64,000 nt of DNA from Flectonema sp. DT1601 (GCA_964019425.1 OZ025799.1:1-64000); one strand, 5' to 3'; counted from the first letter of the stretch, positions 13,101 to 24,100 are shown. A program made the numbers and translations. Notes: generated by a model from the sequence alone, not told the origin.

Positions 13101-16100
13101 GACACTACAGGCTCTGTTGGAGGTGAAACTACCGGCTCAGTTGGTGGTGACACTACCGGTTCAGTTGGCGGTGAAACTACAGGCTCCGTTGGAGGTGAAA
13201 CTACCGGCTCCGTTGGCGGTGACACTACAGGCTCTGTTGGAGGTGAAACTACCGGCTCAGTTGGTGGTGACACTACCGGTTCAGTTGGCGGTGAAACTAC
13301 CGGCTCAGTTGGCGGTGATACAACTGGCTCCGTTGGAGATGAAACAACCGGCACAGTTGGCGGTGAAACTACCGGCTCAGTTTGCGGTGACATTACTGGC
13401 TCCGTCGGAGGTGAAACTACCGGCACAGTTGGCGGTGAAACTACGGGCTCCGTTGGAGGTGAAACTACCGGCTCAGTTGGCGGTGAAACTACAGGCTCCG
13501 TTGGAGGTGAAACTACCGGCTCAGTTGGAGGTGATACTACAGGCTCCGTTGGAGGTGAAACTACCGGTTCAGTTGGCGGTGACACTACAGGCTCCGTTGG
13601 AGGTGAAACTACCGGCTCAGTTGGAGGTGATATTACAGGCTCCGTTGGAGGTGAAACTACAGGCTCCGTTGGAGGTGATACTACAGGCTCAGCTGGCGGT
13701 GTCACTACAGGCTCCGTTGGCGGTGAAACTACAAGCTCCGTTGGAGGTGATACTACCGGCTCAGTTGGAGGTGAAACTACCGGATCAGTTGGAGGTGATA
13801 CTACCGGATCAGTTGGCGGTGACTCTACAGGCTCCGTTGGAGGTGATACTACCGGCTCCGTTGGAGGTGAAACTTCAGGCTCCGTTGGCGGTGAAACTAC
13901 AGGCTCCGTTGGAGGTGAAACTACCGGCACAGTTGGCGGTGAAACTACGGGCTCCGTTGGAGGTGAAACTACCGGCTCAGTTGGCGGTGAAACTACAGGC
14001 TCCGTTGGAGGTGAAACTACCGGCTCAGTTGGAGGTGATACTACAGGCTCCGTTGGAGGTGAAACTACCGGTTCAGTTGGCGGTGACACTACAGGCTCCG
14101 TTGGAGGTGAAACTACCGGCTCAGTTGGAGGTGATATTACAGGCTCCGTTGGAGGTGAAACTACAGGCTCCGTTGGAGGTGATACTACAGGCTCAGCTGG
14201 CGGTGTCACTACAGGCTCCGTTGGCGGTGAAACTACAAGCTCCGTTGGAGGTGATACTACCGGCTCAGTTGGAGGTGAAACTACCGGATCAGTTGGAGGT
14301 GAAACTACCGGATCAGTTGGCGGTGACTCTACAGGCTCCGTTGGAGGTGATACTACCGGCTCCGTTGGAGGTGAAACTTCAGGCTCCGTTGGCGGTGAAA
14401 CTACAGGCTCCGTTGGAGGTGAAACTACCGGATCAGTTGGCGGTGACACTACAGGCTCCGTTGGAGGTGATACTACCGGATCAGTTGGCGGTGACACAAC
14501 AGGCTCCGTTGGAGGTGATACTACCGGCTCCGTTGGAGGTGAAACTACAGGCTCCGTTGGAGGTGAAACTACAGGCTCCGTTGGAGGTGATACTACCGGA
14601 TCAGTTGGAGGTGAAACTACTGGCTCTGTTGGAGGCTACCGGATCAGTTGGAGGTGAAACTACTGGCTCCGTTGGAGGTGATACTACCGGATCAGTTGGA
14701 GGTGACACAACAGGCTCCGTTGGAGGTGATACTACCGGCTCCGTTGGAGGTGAAACTACTGGCTCCGTTGGAGGTGAAACTAGCGGTTCAATTGGCGGTG
14801 ACACTAACGGCTCAGTTGGAGGTGAAACTACCGGTTCAGTTGGCGGTGAAACTACAGGCTCCGTTGGAGGTGAAACTACCGGCTCAGTTGGAGGTGAAAC
14901 TACCGGTTCAGTTGGCGGTGAAACTACTGGCTCCGTTGGAGGTGAAACTACCCGTTCAGTTGGCGGTGACACTACCGGCCCAGTTGGAGGTGAAACTACC
15001 GGTTCAGTTGGCGGTGACACTACCGGCTCAGTTGGAGGTGAAACTACCGGTTCAGTTGGCGGTGAAACTACAGGCTCAGTTGGCGGTGACACTACCGGCT
15101 CAGTTGGCGGTGACACTACCGGCTCAGTTGGCGGTGAAACTACAGGCTCCGTTGGAGGTGATACTACCGGATCAGTTGGAGGTGATACTACCGGCTCCGT
15201 TGGAGGTGAAACTACTGGCTCCGTTGGAGGTGAAACTACCGGTTCAATTGGCGGTGACACTACCGGCTCAGTTGGAGGTGAAACTACCGGTTCAGTTGGC
15301 GGTGAAACTACAGGCTCAGTTGGCGGTGACACTACCGGCTCAGTTGGCGGTGACACTACCGGCTCAGTTGGCGGTGAAACTACAGGCTCCGTTGGAGGTG
15401 ATACTACCGGATCAGTTGGAGGTGATACTACCGGCTCCGTTGGAGGTGAAACTACTGGCTCCGTTGGAGGTGAAACTACCGGTTCAATTGGCGGTGACAC
15501 TACCGGCTCAGTTGGAGGTGAAACTACCGGTTCAGTTGGCGGTGAAACTACAGGCTCCGTTGGAGGTGAAACTACCGGCTCAGTTGGAGGTGAAACTACC
15601 GGTTCAGTTGGCGGTGAAACTACTGGCTCCGTTGGAGGTGAAACTACCGGTTCAGTTGGCGGTGACACTACCGGCTCAGTTGGAGGTGAAACTACCGGTT
15701 CAGTTGGCGGTGACACTACCGGCTCAGTTGGAGGTGAAACTACCGGTTCAGTTGGCGGTGAAACTACAGGCTCAGTTGGCGGTGACACTACCGGCTCAGT
15801 TGGCGGTGAAACTACAGGCTCCGTTGGAGGTGAAACTACTGGCTCCGTTGGAGGTGAAACTACCGGTTCAGTTGGCGGTGACACTACCGGCTCAGTTGGA
15901 GGTGAAACTACCGGTTCAGTTGGCGGTGAAACTACAGGCTCCGTTGGAGGTGAAACTACCGATTCAGTTGGCGGTGAAACTACTGGCTCCGTTGGAGGTG
16001 AAACTACCGGTTCAGTTGGCGGTGACACTACCGGCTCAGTTGGAGGTGAAACTACCGGTTCAGTTGGCGGTGAAACTACAGGCTCAGTTGGCGGTGACAC

Positions 16101-17232
16101 TACCGGCTCAGTTGGCGGTGACACTACCGGCTCAGTTGGCGGTGAAACTACAGGCTCCGTTGGAGGTGAAACTACTGGCTCTGTTGGAGGTGATACTACC
16201 GGATCAGTTGGAGGTGAAACTACTGGCTCCGTTGGAGGTGATACTACCGGATCAGTTGGAGGTGACACAACAGGCTCCGTTGGAGGTGATACTACCGGCT
16301 CCGTTGGAGGTGAAACTACTGGCTCCGTTGGAGGTGAAACTACCGGTTCAGTTGGCGGTGACACTACCGGCTCAGTTGGAGGTGAAACTACCGGTTCAGT
16401 TGGCGGTGAAACTACAGGCTCCGTTGGAGGTGAAACTACCGGTTCAGTTGGCGGTGACACTACCGGCTCAGTTGGAGGTGAAACTACTGGTTCAGTTGGC
16501 GGTGAAACTACAGGCTCAGTTGGCGGTGACACTACCGGCTCAGTTGGCGGTGACACTACCGGCTCAGTTGGCGGTGAAACTACAGGCTCCGTTGGAGGTG
16601 AAACTACCGGCTCCGTTGGCGGTGACACTACAGGCTCCGTTGGAGGTGAAACTACCGGCTCAGTTGGCGGTGAAACTACTGGCTCCGTTGGAGGTGAAAC
16701 TACCGGTTCAGTTGGCGGTGAAACTACTGGCTCTGTTGGAGGTGAAACTACCGGCTCCGTTGGCGGTGACACTACAGGCTCTTTTGGAGGTGAAACTACC
16801 GGTTCAGTTGGCGGTGAAACTACTGGCTCTGTTGGAGGTGAAACTACCGGCTCCGTTGGCGGTGACACTACAGGCTCTTTTGGAGGTGAAACTACCGGCT
16901 CAGTTGGCGGTGACACTACCGGCTCAGTTGGCGGTGAAACTACAGGCTCCGTTGGAGGTGAAACTACCGGCTCCGTTGGCGGTGACACTACAGGCTCTAT
17001 TGGAAGTGAAACTACCGGCTCAGTTGGTGGTGACACTACCGGCTCAGTTGGCGGTGATACAACTGGCTCCGTTGGAGGTGAAACAACCGGCACAGTTGGC
17101 GGTGAAACTACCGGCTCAGTTTGCGGTGACATTACTGGCTCCGTTGGAGGTGAAACTACCGGCACAGTTGGCGGTGAAACTACAGGCTCCGTTAGAGGTG
17201 AAACTACCGGCTCAGTTGGCGGAGAAACTACC
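10120..17232 (-). repeat. 24-bp coding minisatellite encoding VVSPPTEP, about 295 units, with higher-order duplications
   Basis: Unit GGTGAAACTACCGGCTCAGTTGGA and variants. Variation is mostly synonymous in the minus-strand VVSPPTEP frame. The block starting at 10126 recurs at about 12931. Confidence 0.97.
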
Positions 17233-17291
17233 AATTGTGAACTAACAACACCTAATAAAGGAAGCAAAATAAAGAGACTGAGTAATCTCAT
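14601..17291 (-). CDS. Secreted/surface mucin- or extensin-like Pro/Thr/Ser/Val-rich repeat protein; ORF ends after a frameshift, and the repeat continues to the octamer array
   Basis: ATG plus signal peptide MRLLSLFILLPLLGVVSSQ, upstream acceptor TTCAACAG, then (VVSPPTEP)n. A 5-nt deletion at 14635/14636 shifts the frame to a stop at 14601. The same repeat continues stop-free in another frame to 10126. Confidence 0.85.
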   Translation of the reverse strand: MRLLSLFILLPLLGVVSSQLVVSPPTEPVVSPLTEPVVSPPTVPVVSPPTEPVMSPQTEPVVSPPTVPVVSPPTEPVVSPPTEPVVSPPTEPVVSLPIEPVVSPPTEPVVSPPTEPVVSPPTEPVVSPPTEPVVSPPKEPVVSPPTEPVVSPPTEPVVSPPTEPVVSPPKEPVVSPPTEPVVSPPTEPVVSPPTEPVVSPPTEPVVSPPTEPVVSPPTEPVVSPPTEPVVSPPTEPVVSPPTEPVVSPPTEPVVSPPTEPVVSPPTEPVVSPPTEPVVSPPTEPVVSPPTEPVVSPPTEPVVSPPTEPVVSPPTEPVVSPPTEPVVSPPTEPVVSPPTEPVVSPPTDPVVSPPTEPVVSPPTDPVVSPPTEPVVSPPTEPVVSPPTEPVVSPPTEPVVSPPTEPVVSPPTEPVVSPPTEPVVSPPTEPVVSPPTEPVVSPPTESVVSPPTEPVVSPPTEPVVSPPTEPVVSPPTEPVVSPPTEPVVSPPTEPVVSPPTEPVVSPPTEPVVSPPTEPVVSPPTEPVVSPPTEPVVSPPTEPVVSPPTEPVVSPPTEPVVSPPTEPVVSPPTEPVVSPPTEPVVSPPTEPVVSPPTEPVVSPPIEPVVSPPTEPVVSPPTEPVVSPPTDPVVSPPTEPVVSPPTEPVVSPPTEPVVSPPTEPVVSPPTEPVVSPPTEPVVSPPIEPVVSPPTEPVVSPPTEPVVSPPTDPVVSPPTEPVVSPPTEPVVSPPTEPVVSPPTEPVVSPPTEPVVSPPTEPVVSPPTEPVVSPPTGPVVSPPTERVVSPPTEPVVSPPTEPVVSPPTEPVVSPPTEPVVSPPTEPVVSPPTEPLVSPPIEPLVSPPTEPVVSPPTEPVVSPPTEPVVSPPTDPVVSPPTEPVVSPPTDPVASNRASSFTSN

Positions 17292-17523
17292 GGTTTATAT
17301 TTAACTGTTGAATAAATGAATTAAATTAAGTGACTTCTCGTGAATCATTTTTAATAGTTTAGTTTAGTTTAGTTAATGATGTACAGGGTCTGAGTTAACA
17401 CAAAAAAAGTTAATATTAATGACGATCAGTTAATTAAGAAAATCAAATGCGTTGGACACATCAAACGAATAATGGTTGGTCTCGAGTTAAAATTAAAAAT
17501 AATATTTTCTTAGAATAATTCAT

Positions 17524-17628
17524 CTAACCTTCGTCGACTGTGTTTGACCGAACGTTGTGCATTGGTGTGCATTGTGAAGTAACAACACCCAATAAAGGAA
17601 GCAACATAAAGAGACTGAGTAATCTCAT
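17524..17628 (-). CDS. 34-aa ORF: duplicate of the mucin signal peptide plus a short unique tail (truncated paralog or secreted micropeptide)
   Basis: Hand translation MRLLSLFMLLPLLGVVTSQCTPMHNVRSNTVDEG*. 17571-17673 is a near-identical copy of 17235-17336, including the 5' acceptor region. Confidence 0.55.
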   Translation of the reverse strand: MRLLSLFMLLPLLGVVTSQCTPMHNVRSNTVDEG

Positions 17629-17681
17629 GGTTGATATTTAACTGTTGAATAAATGAATTAAATTAAGTGACTTTATAGAAA

Positions 17682-18528
17682 TCTAAATGTAAAAAGAGAA
17701 GTTGAATAGTATTGTAACTAAATAGCATGAAGTTAGAAAAAGATTATAGTTCCCGACGAGAAGGATAAAATCAAACTCGTCTAATTTTACTATTTTACTT
17801 TTTGAGATCAAAGAACGTGTAAGGTTATTTAGAATTGAGTTTGTTATAAAGAAGTGAAACCAAATAATGAAAAGAAACACCAAAACAACACTGCCGCCGC
17901 TTTTCCAAATTGTTGATGCTTGGATCACTGCACATCTTCAATGCGGAATGCCTTCCATCATCTCTTCCACGTCACCACCGATCTCTATCCATCCCCTCGA
18001 CCACCTTCCTCGAACTAGCGCGGAAAATACGCTCTTGCCCTTGCCGGTTCAGCAAGTTTGAACGAGTTCGCAGCAAGAACTGCCCAGCAGCTGAAATCAA
18101 CTGAATCAAACGCGGCAACGAAACAGAAAGCGTCCACTGGTAGAACCCAGCGCATCAAGAGGCCGAAGTAGATAATCACCCACCACATACAGAAGCATTA
18201 CAAACCTGTAAACGTGGTTGATGCATTTTCTCCACTGCAACTCCCCATCCCGTAGTTCTTCTCACATTTCTATTTTATTGAAAAGAATGAAATGAACGAT
18301 AAACTTATTAATACTTATTTCCATACCATGGTGGAATTGTCGCACATATTGCAGATAAGTCCGAAAAACCTGTTGTGAATGATTTATAAAATAATTTCAA
18401 ACGTCACCTACTTTATTATGTGTCTTATGATGTGTGCTTTCATTCTTGCACATTTATACAACAGGAAAAAGCAAATTAATTCAGAAAAACTAATAATAAA
18501 TAACTTTGCGCGAGCGAAGCGAGCCTAG
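17682..18528 (+). mobile_element. Possible non-autonomous Helitron-like element
   Basis: Starts A|TCTAAATGTAAAAAGAGAAG and ends GCGCGAGCGAAGCGAGC-CTAG (GCGAAGC mini-hairpin plus CTAG). Begins just where the signal-peptide duplication ends. No transposase seen. Confidence 0.3.
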
Positions 18529-18542
18529 ACAGGTATCTGTAG

Positions 18543-18559
18543 TGCGGGTTTGCGGGTTT
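18543..18559. repeat. Isolated two-unit copy of the octamer (TGCGGGTTTGCGGGTTT)
   Basis: Exact match to the array unit, same orientation, 8.4 kb from the array. Confidence 0.9.
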
Positions 18560-18794
18560 TCATATTGGTATCGATGGTATTGACGATGACACCATTTGCT
18601 TTCATTATGAGCTTAACTGTTTGCTGCATTTTCTTCTTGTCTTCTGTGAAAATAAATGTTCATAACGCGAGTCATTGGTAGATATCTATGTGCCCAACGA
18701 ACTAAATTTCCGATGACCCATTTTCTTTCTGGAATAAAAAATATAATATATCTTCCTCCTTGACTGATAACGATCTTATTTAGTTACCATCACA

Positions 18795-19922
18795 TCAGAC
18801 AGATTCCTGTTGTTCTGTTAATTCTTTTGATGAAAGATATTGACTGACCGTCATGAAGTCATCATCTCGTTTTCGTCGCTTTAAATTGTTACATTTATCC
18901 TCAGATTTCAGGTAGTAAACATATGCCGACGGAGTAAAGGAGTGCGGAGCAGTGTAGTGAGTATTTAGAGAAAGGTATCCCAGAGATGACTGTGTGGCAG
19001 CCTTTCCACTTTGCTGCGTGTCTTGTGAAGCTTCTCCAGTTTTACTTGCAAGATCATCTTTCAGCCAGGGTATATTATGGCACGTTGCTCTGGCTCGCTT
19101 CTTCCCTTCAATTTTCCCGCGCTCTCGTTCCTCAGCACTGATCCCCATCAGCATAACTTTCATATCGTTTTGAAGGACACGCGTTCTTCCGTCGTCCTCT
19201 ATTTGCCAAACGCTGCTTTGGAACTTACTGGCAGCAGCTTGCTCCTTAAAAGTTGCATATTGAGTAGCTGATTTTATGTCGCCGGAAGTTCTGATCCGTT
19301 CGGTATCCGCTGGGATGTACAGGGAAGGTTTCAGTTCAAGAATCTTTTTTATTATGGAAAGTTGACTATAAACAGCAGCCCTGTGATCAGCTCTATCTTT
19401 ATTTTTCTTGATAACATAAGAGTTAACTGTACCATTACATGAGTTGCAGTGAAGTTGGTTGGATCCTTCTCGCTGCCGAAGCTGAAAAACTGAAAACGTT
19501 CCCACAAACTTCTTACCACACCGATCACACCGAAACTCTTCCAGCGGCTCGTCGGAGGTCTTCTCGATCGTTTTCATGACAGAGCAATACCTCCACTCAA
19601 GATGATGAAACACCCACAAGTAATCAATAAAATATCTGTAAGGATTCTTGTACTTCGGAGTATATCCCTTTTCAGCTTCCGGTGGCTGCTCTCCCTTTAT
19701 GAGTCCCTTAGCCTCCAAGTCGGTCACTGTTCGCTCGACAACCTTCTTTGGAAGTGCCAAAAAACGGACCAATGTCTTCAAGTCTGTACCACCATCTTGT
19801 GCTAGGAATATCAATGAATCGACAACTAAATACGAGATATCGTCACAAAGCGACTTCATCAAAACCCGAGTTGCCAGTTCTGCAATCTCTGCTCCCCCAA
19901 GCTTACTCATTTCATCTGTCAT
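18795..19922 (-). CDS. Transcription factor TFIIE alpha subunit-like protein
   Basis: N-terminal extended winged-helix-like region followed by the zinc ribbon FRCDRCGKKF...LHCNSCNG, as in TFIIE-alpha/Tfa1. Confidence 0.65.
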   Translation of the reverse strand: MTDEMSKLGGAEIAELATRVLMKSLCDDISYLVVDSLIFLAQDGGTDLKTLVRFLALPKKVVERTVTDLEAKGLIKGEQPPEAEKGYTPKYKNPYRYFIDYLWVFHHLEWRYCSVMKTIEKTSDEPLEEFRCDRCGKKFVGTFSVFQLRQREGSNQLHCNSCNGTVNSYVIKKNKDRADHRAAVYSQLSIIKKILELKPSLYIPADTERIRTSGDIKSATQYATFKEQAAASKFQSSVWQIEDDGRTRVLQNDMKVMLMGISAEERERGKIEGKKRARATCHNIPWLKDDLASKTGEASQDTQQSGKAATQSSLGYLSLNTHYTAPHSFTPSAYVYYLKSEDKCNNLKRRKRDDDFMTVSQYLSSKELTEQQESV

Positions 19923-20010
19923 TTCGTGGTATCAATACCTGATAGGGAAGTGCTGGTAGCCCTGCTCGAATAATTAGAAACAGAGACACGGACATAGATA
20001 GCCTTGCTTA

Positions 20011-21084
20011 TCACCTTCTGCTGTATAAGTTGCAGGGCCACAACCAGCAGGTTAGGATGGAATTTGAAATTGTCGCAGCTGCCCAATTTGTGGGACAGAA
20101 AACAACTTGTGAGAAATGAGATGAAATACCAGAATGTGACGATGGCACAAAATGAGAATTCGTAGAATTGAAATGATTGAAGAGATGAACATCACCCGAC
20201 CGCGTTGCTCTAAAAATGTGATGCTGGTCAGGAAGTAGTGCTGCAGCACCGTAAGTATCTGAACTCTCATTTAAAACACGAGGGGGAATAGCTCTCTGCG
20301 TGTTGGTATCAAGAATTGCAATTGACTTATCCGAAGATATTAATATTTTTCGTGACGTTCCAGGGAACCACTCTACTTTCTTAACAGTGTCTCCAAACTG
20401 TAAACCAGTCTTCATAACCGCAAAGGGTTGTGAAGTATTGTTTCCAGGGGTGCCAGTACTCAGTGCCCTTCTATCGTAAAGTTCCACACTCGAGTCTCCA
20501 ACAGCTATCGAAACGACCAAACCTGTGCCATCAAATGTAGCAACCGGACGTCCTGGCATGTTCCACCTGTGAATAGGTTTTCCGGTCTTATCGCGTGCCC
20601 ACAGACAGACAGTTCCATCAACCGATGACGATAAAAACATGTTGCTTCCAGTCTCGGCACCTGGAGGTGGAACAGCAAGTCCAGTAACAACATCCTTGTG
20701 CCCACTAAATACTCCATCTACTTCAATATTACCTGATCTAAGACTCGCTGTTTTGACAGAATGATCCCACTCGTTATTGCTGCTGAAGATCAGTCTTGTT
20801 TCATTAGTTGCCCAACGGGGAGCTTCAATCAAATTAATACCATATCTTTTATCTAAAGGTAAGTTAAACTCCTGCATCGTTCCTCGAATACCTTCTTCCC
20901 CGCCATGAGTTGACTGAATGTCTGCAAGTCGCGTTGCGTAGATGCCGTGTGGACTAACTCCCCCTCCGGCTGCTAACAGAAAATCATCAGAAAAAGCCAC
21001 AGATGTGAAATCCGACACATCCTCCTCCTCACTTGAGAGCTGAACAGGAAATAACTCTCCCGTAATATTGTTAGCCCTCACCAT
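20011..21084 (-). CDS. WDR82: WD40 protein, WDR82/Swd2 family
   Basis: Motifs KRYGINLI, SSNNEWDHSV, FSGHKDVV, FLSSSVDGTVCLW, GRPVATFDGTGLV and VELYDRR...PFA parallel WDR82/Swd2. Confidence 0.8.
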   Translation of the reverse strand: MVRANNITGELFPVQLSSEEEDVSDFTSVAFSDDFLLAAGGGVSPHGIYATRLADIQSTHGGEEGIRGTMQEFNLPLDKRYGINLIEAPRWATNETRLIFSSNNEWDHSVKTASLRSGNIEVDGVFSGHKDVVTGLAVPPPGAETGSNMFLSSSVDGTVCLWARDKTGKPIHRWNMPGRPVATFDGTGLVVSIAVGDSSVELYDRRALSTGTPGNNTSQPFAVMKTGLQFGDTVKKVEWFPGTSRKILISSDKSIAILDTNTQRAIPPRVLNESSDTYGAAALLPDQHHIFRATRSGDVHLFNHFNSTNSHFVPSSHSGISSHFSQVVFCPTNWAAATISNSILTCWLWPCNLYSRR

Positions 21085-21190
21085 GCATACGAATTAATGT
21101 CAGCTGGAAATACAATGTTTTCTTATTAAGCATTACATACAACTATAAACCGATAACGGTGTAAATGAAAGTAATATTACAAAACAAAAC

Positions 21191-24100
21191 TTAGCCTCTA
21201 AAATCATAAAGTCTAATGACTACCGCTTCATAAAATGAGAGCGTGTCGCTTGCAATCAGCCAATCCGACAGAGGGAAGTCGGGCAACACTTTCGCTAGCG
21301 TACACCCAGCTACTGTGAAGACGGCATCACTTGTTGGGATTTTCGATTCAACGACGACGAAACGAAGAGAAAGGTCAGATAGGACTTCATCGAGAATGGT
21401 ATCCTTTCCTTCCATTGAATCCAAACGAGGTTCATTGATAATAAGAGAAACAAGATCACTCACAAGTAAGGTGTCGGGGTACAGATACAATCTTCTCGCT
21501 AATTCTCTACACAAACAAACAGTTATCGCAGTATAAAATGCCGCAGCATAATTACGTTGCGAATTTAACTCCAACTCCGCTTCTGCCATCAACTTGGACA
21601 CCGCCAATGAGGGCAACACTTCTATCGACGATGATAAACTAGATACGATTTCTGACATGCAACTGTGCGCTCTGGGTAGCTGGAGATGTCGCAAGAAATT
21701 AAAAAACAAAGCTTCACTAAGTCGTATAGTTTCACGATTACTAATGCGAGTGTTGTACAGAAGCACCATCACAAAAGATTTATACTTTCGAACTATTCGA
21801 AGAAGAGCAACAATACTGTCAGGTCCGAGGTTGGGATTATCTCGAATGTCGAGTACTTGATATGGATGCGAATTAAGAACGTCACTCGTACCATTTTCGC
21901 TTTCCGTCCACAAGCGATCTAATAGCCGAGTTGTAAGGTCAACATTTCTCAACGATAGAACTGCCTTAGAATTCCTCATATTAGTTGGTAGCGACTCTTG
22001 CAGCGGTGCTCTCAAGATATCGAAAGACGAACATTTTTGTTGTGGAAGAATATCAAAAATTCCAAAAGGAGTTCTTTTGTCACCGCCAATGGGTTTCAAT
22101 ACAACCAACGGGGGCATGCAAACTGCGCTCGTGGTGGCGTATTCTTGTAATCCCATGAGCTCATTTCTTTTAGCAACTGTGTGCTTTTCAATGCGCGTTG
22201 CCCGACGACCTCCTCCTCCCTGATAGTTTTCTAAGCACATGCTTACTCTGGATCTTGCACTTGTTACGTTTCTAACGCGAGATGTCTCCTGCATGACAAC
22301 TTCGGCTGACTTCTTGGAAGCTGGTTGTTCTTCCGAATCGGATTTTCCAGTTGTCAATGAATGTTTATCCTCATCAGAAATATACTTCACGTCTGCAGTT
22401 GGCTCTATCTGCGGTGTGTGCCCCCCCTCTTTGATTTTCTCTAAATCAGTATTCCCGAGCTCCTGTTTGATAATAATTGTTTTCGAGTGATTTATTATAG
22501 GTGATTGACTCTCAAAGGCTTCTGTGACAACCTTACTCGCAATATCTTGCGAATCCGACTCCTGTACAACAGGAGTGTTGATGGTTTGAGTTTTCCGTCT
22601 TCCAATAGAAATATTTTTTACCGAGCGATGCCGGCGAACGGAATCACTTTTCGATAGCGACATCCTTTCTTCAGAAGGTTTCCACATTCGGAAGGTGGAG
22701 TGCCGACTGTCGGATCTCCATCTCGATGGCATATCAGCTTGCTGTTGAGTTTTACAAGAACTAAAGTCACAGAAGTTCCCAAAGTCATCATCCTTCTTAT
22801 CAGTTTCTGATTCGTCGACAGTTGCCAGCGATGTAGTTGAGCGTCGCGTTTGACTCTCACTCTCCACTTCATCACTTGATTCTTCCTTTTCATCCTGAGT
22901 CGCATCAGGATCATCGCATAGAGGTAATTTAAGTGAAAACATAGAAGTCGTGTTTCGGCGACTAATTTTCGCTCCAGGAGAACCCAAAATTCCTCGAAAA
23001 GCTTGTTCAGTTGCTTCTAATCTGGCAGCAGATGCCCTTCTCATGTTCCGCAATGCCTCTGCCGATGCAGTCGCCCGCCTGACGGCCCTAACTTTGGTAG
23101 CAAACTTCGATGTGCTCCTAGTTGTGGAACAAAATGGCACGACACTTTCACGACGAGCTGGCTTAAATGTGAGGTCCTTAAACATTTCGGAACTTGACTG
23201 TATGAAGTCAGTCGGCACACCCTCTGGTTTCGTTCTGGTAAAAGGAAACTCTTCAGGCGACAGCGGAGTTGGCACCCTTCGCTTTGGATGTTCAGTCAAC
23301 CAACCATCTCCATTACAGCCTATTTCTCGCAGCCACTCATCCCAATGTCGTTCTGCCAATTTTGTGGAATACGAAAACTCTCCTTTCCGCAGTAACTTTT
23401 CCCTAATCTTCTTCGCAAGTTCCGCGTACTCTGCAATGTCTGTTGTATCGCACCAAATGTCTATTACTCCGAATACCGCATTAAAAAAAGCAACATAATT
23501 CATAAAGAACTCCTTGTTTGAATCAGCAAACCATTCTCTGTCAATATTTCGGAGAAGGTTGAGACGGCTGTGGTGGTTCACACTTTTTGCCCTTTCGGTG
23601 AAGCAGTCTATCATACGAGCGCTTGCCCATTGATAAACCTGCTTGTCGATAAACTGATTATGAGGCTTTGGGCACTTTGGAAGATTATTCCAAATATCCA
23701 AAATGATTGACTGAAGTACCGCATTTTCTCGCAGTGCTATTCGCTGATGCAGCCTCCCGACTTCGTTCATCTCTGCGTTTGCCTGAGAGATGTAACAAAT
23801 ATCCTCAGCTTCTTCTTGAGATTTCACATTCGTAATTACCCGACTATTCCCAACGAGAGATTCCTGCAGGAGCTGACTTGCTTTTTGGAGCCTTTTCTTG
23901 AGAACTCCCTCCTTTATTTTGTTAATAAATCTCCTGACATTGATGGCAGTCTTTTGCGGAAGTCCAAATCTATTCATAATGGAATTTATTTCTAAGTTTT
24001 TGAAATATCTGACTTTCTCTTTCACACCTGTCCAGTTCAGAATGTTCTCGTTGTGGTTCTCATAAGGGAGCATTTCATTTACCTGCCAAACCTCCATTTG

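Noticed and set aside
10126..17232. CRISPR-like array
   Set aside because: Contiguous 24-bp units with no unique spacers, eukaryotic context, and no cas genes.
2..17304. Giant + strand ORFs (GLRVCGFA)n, (ETTGSVGG)n and (LAVKLPAQ)n
   Set aside because: Artefacts of stop-free repeats with no real start. Unit variation is synonymous in the minus-strand frame that has a signal peptide.
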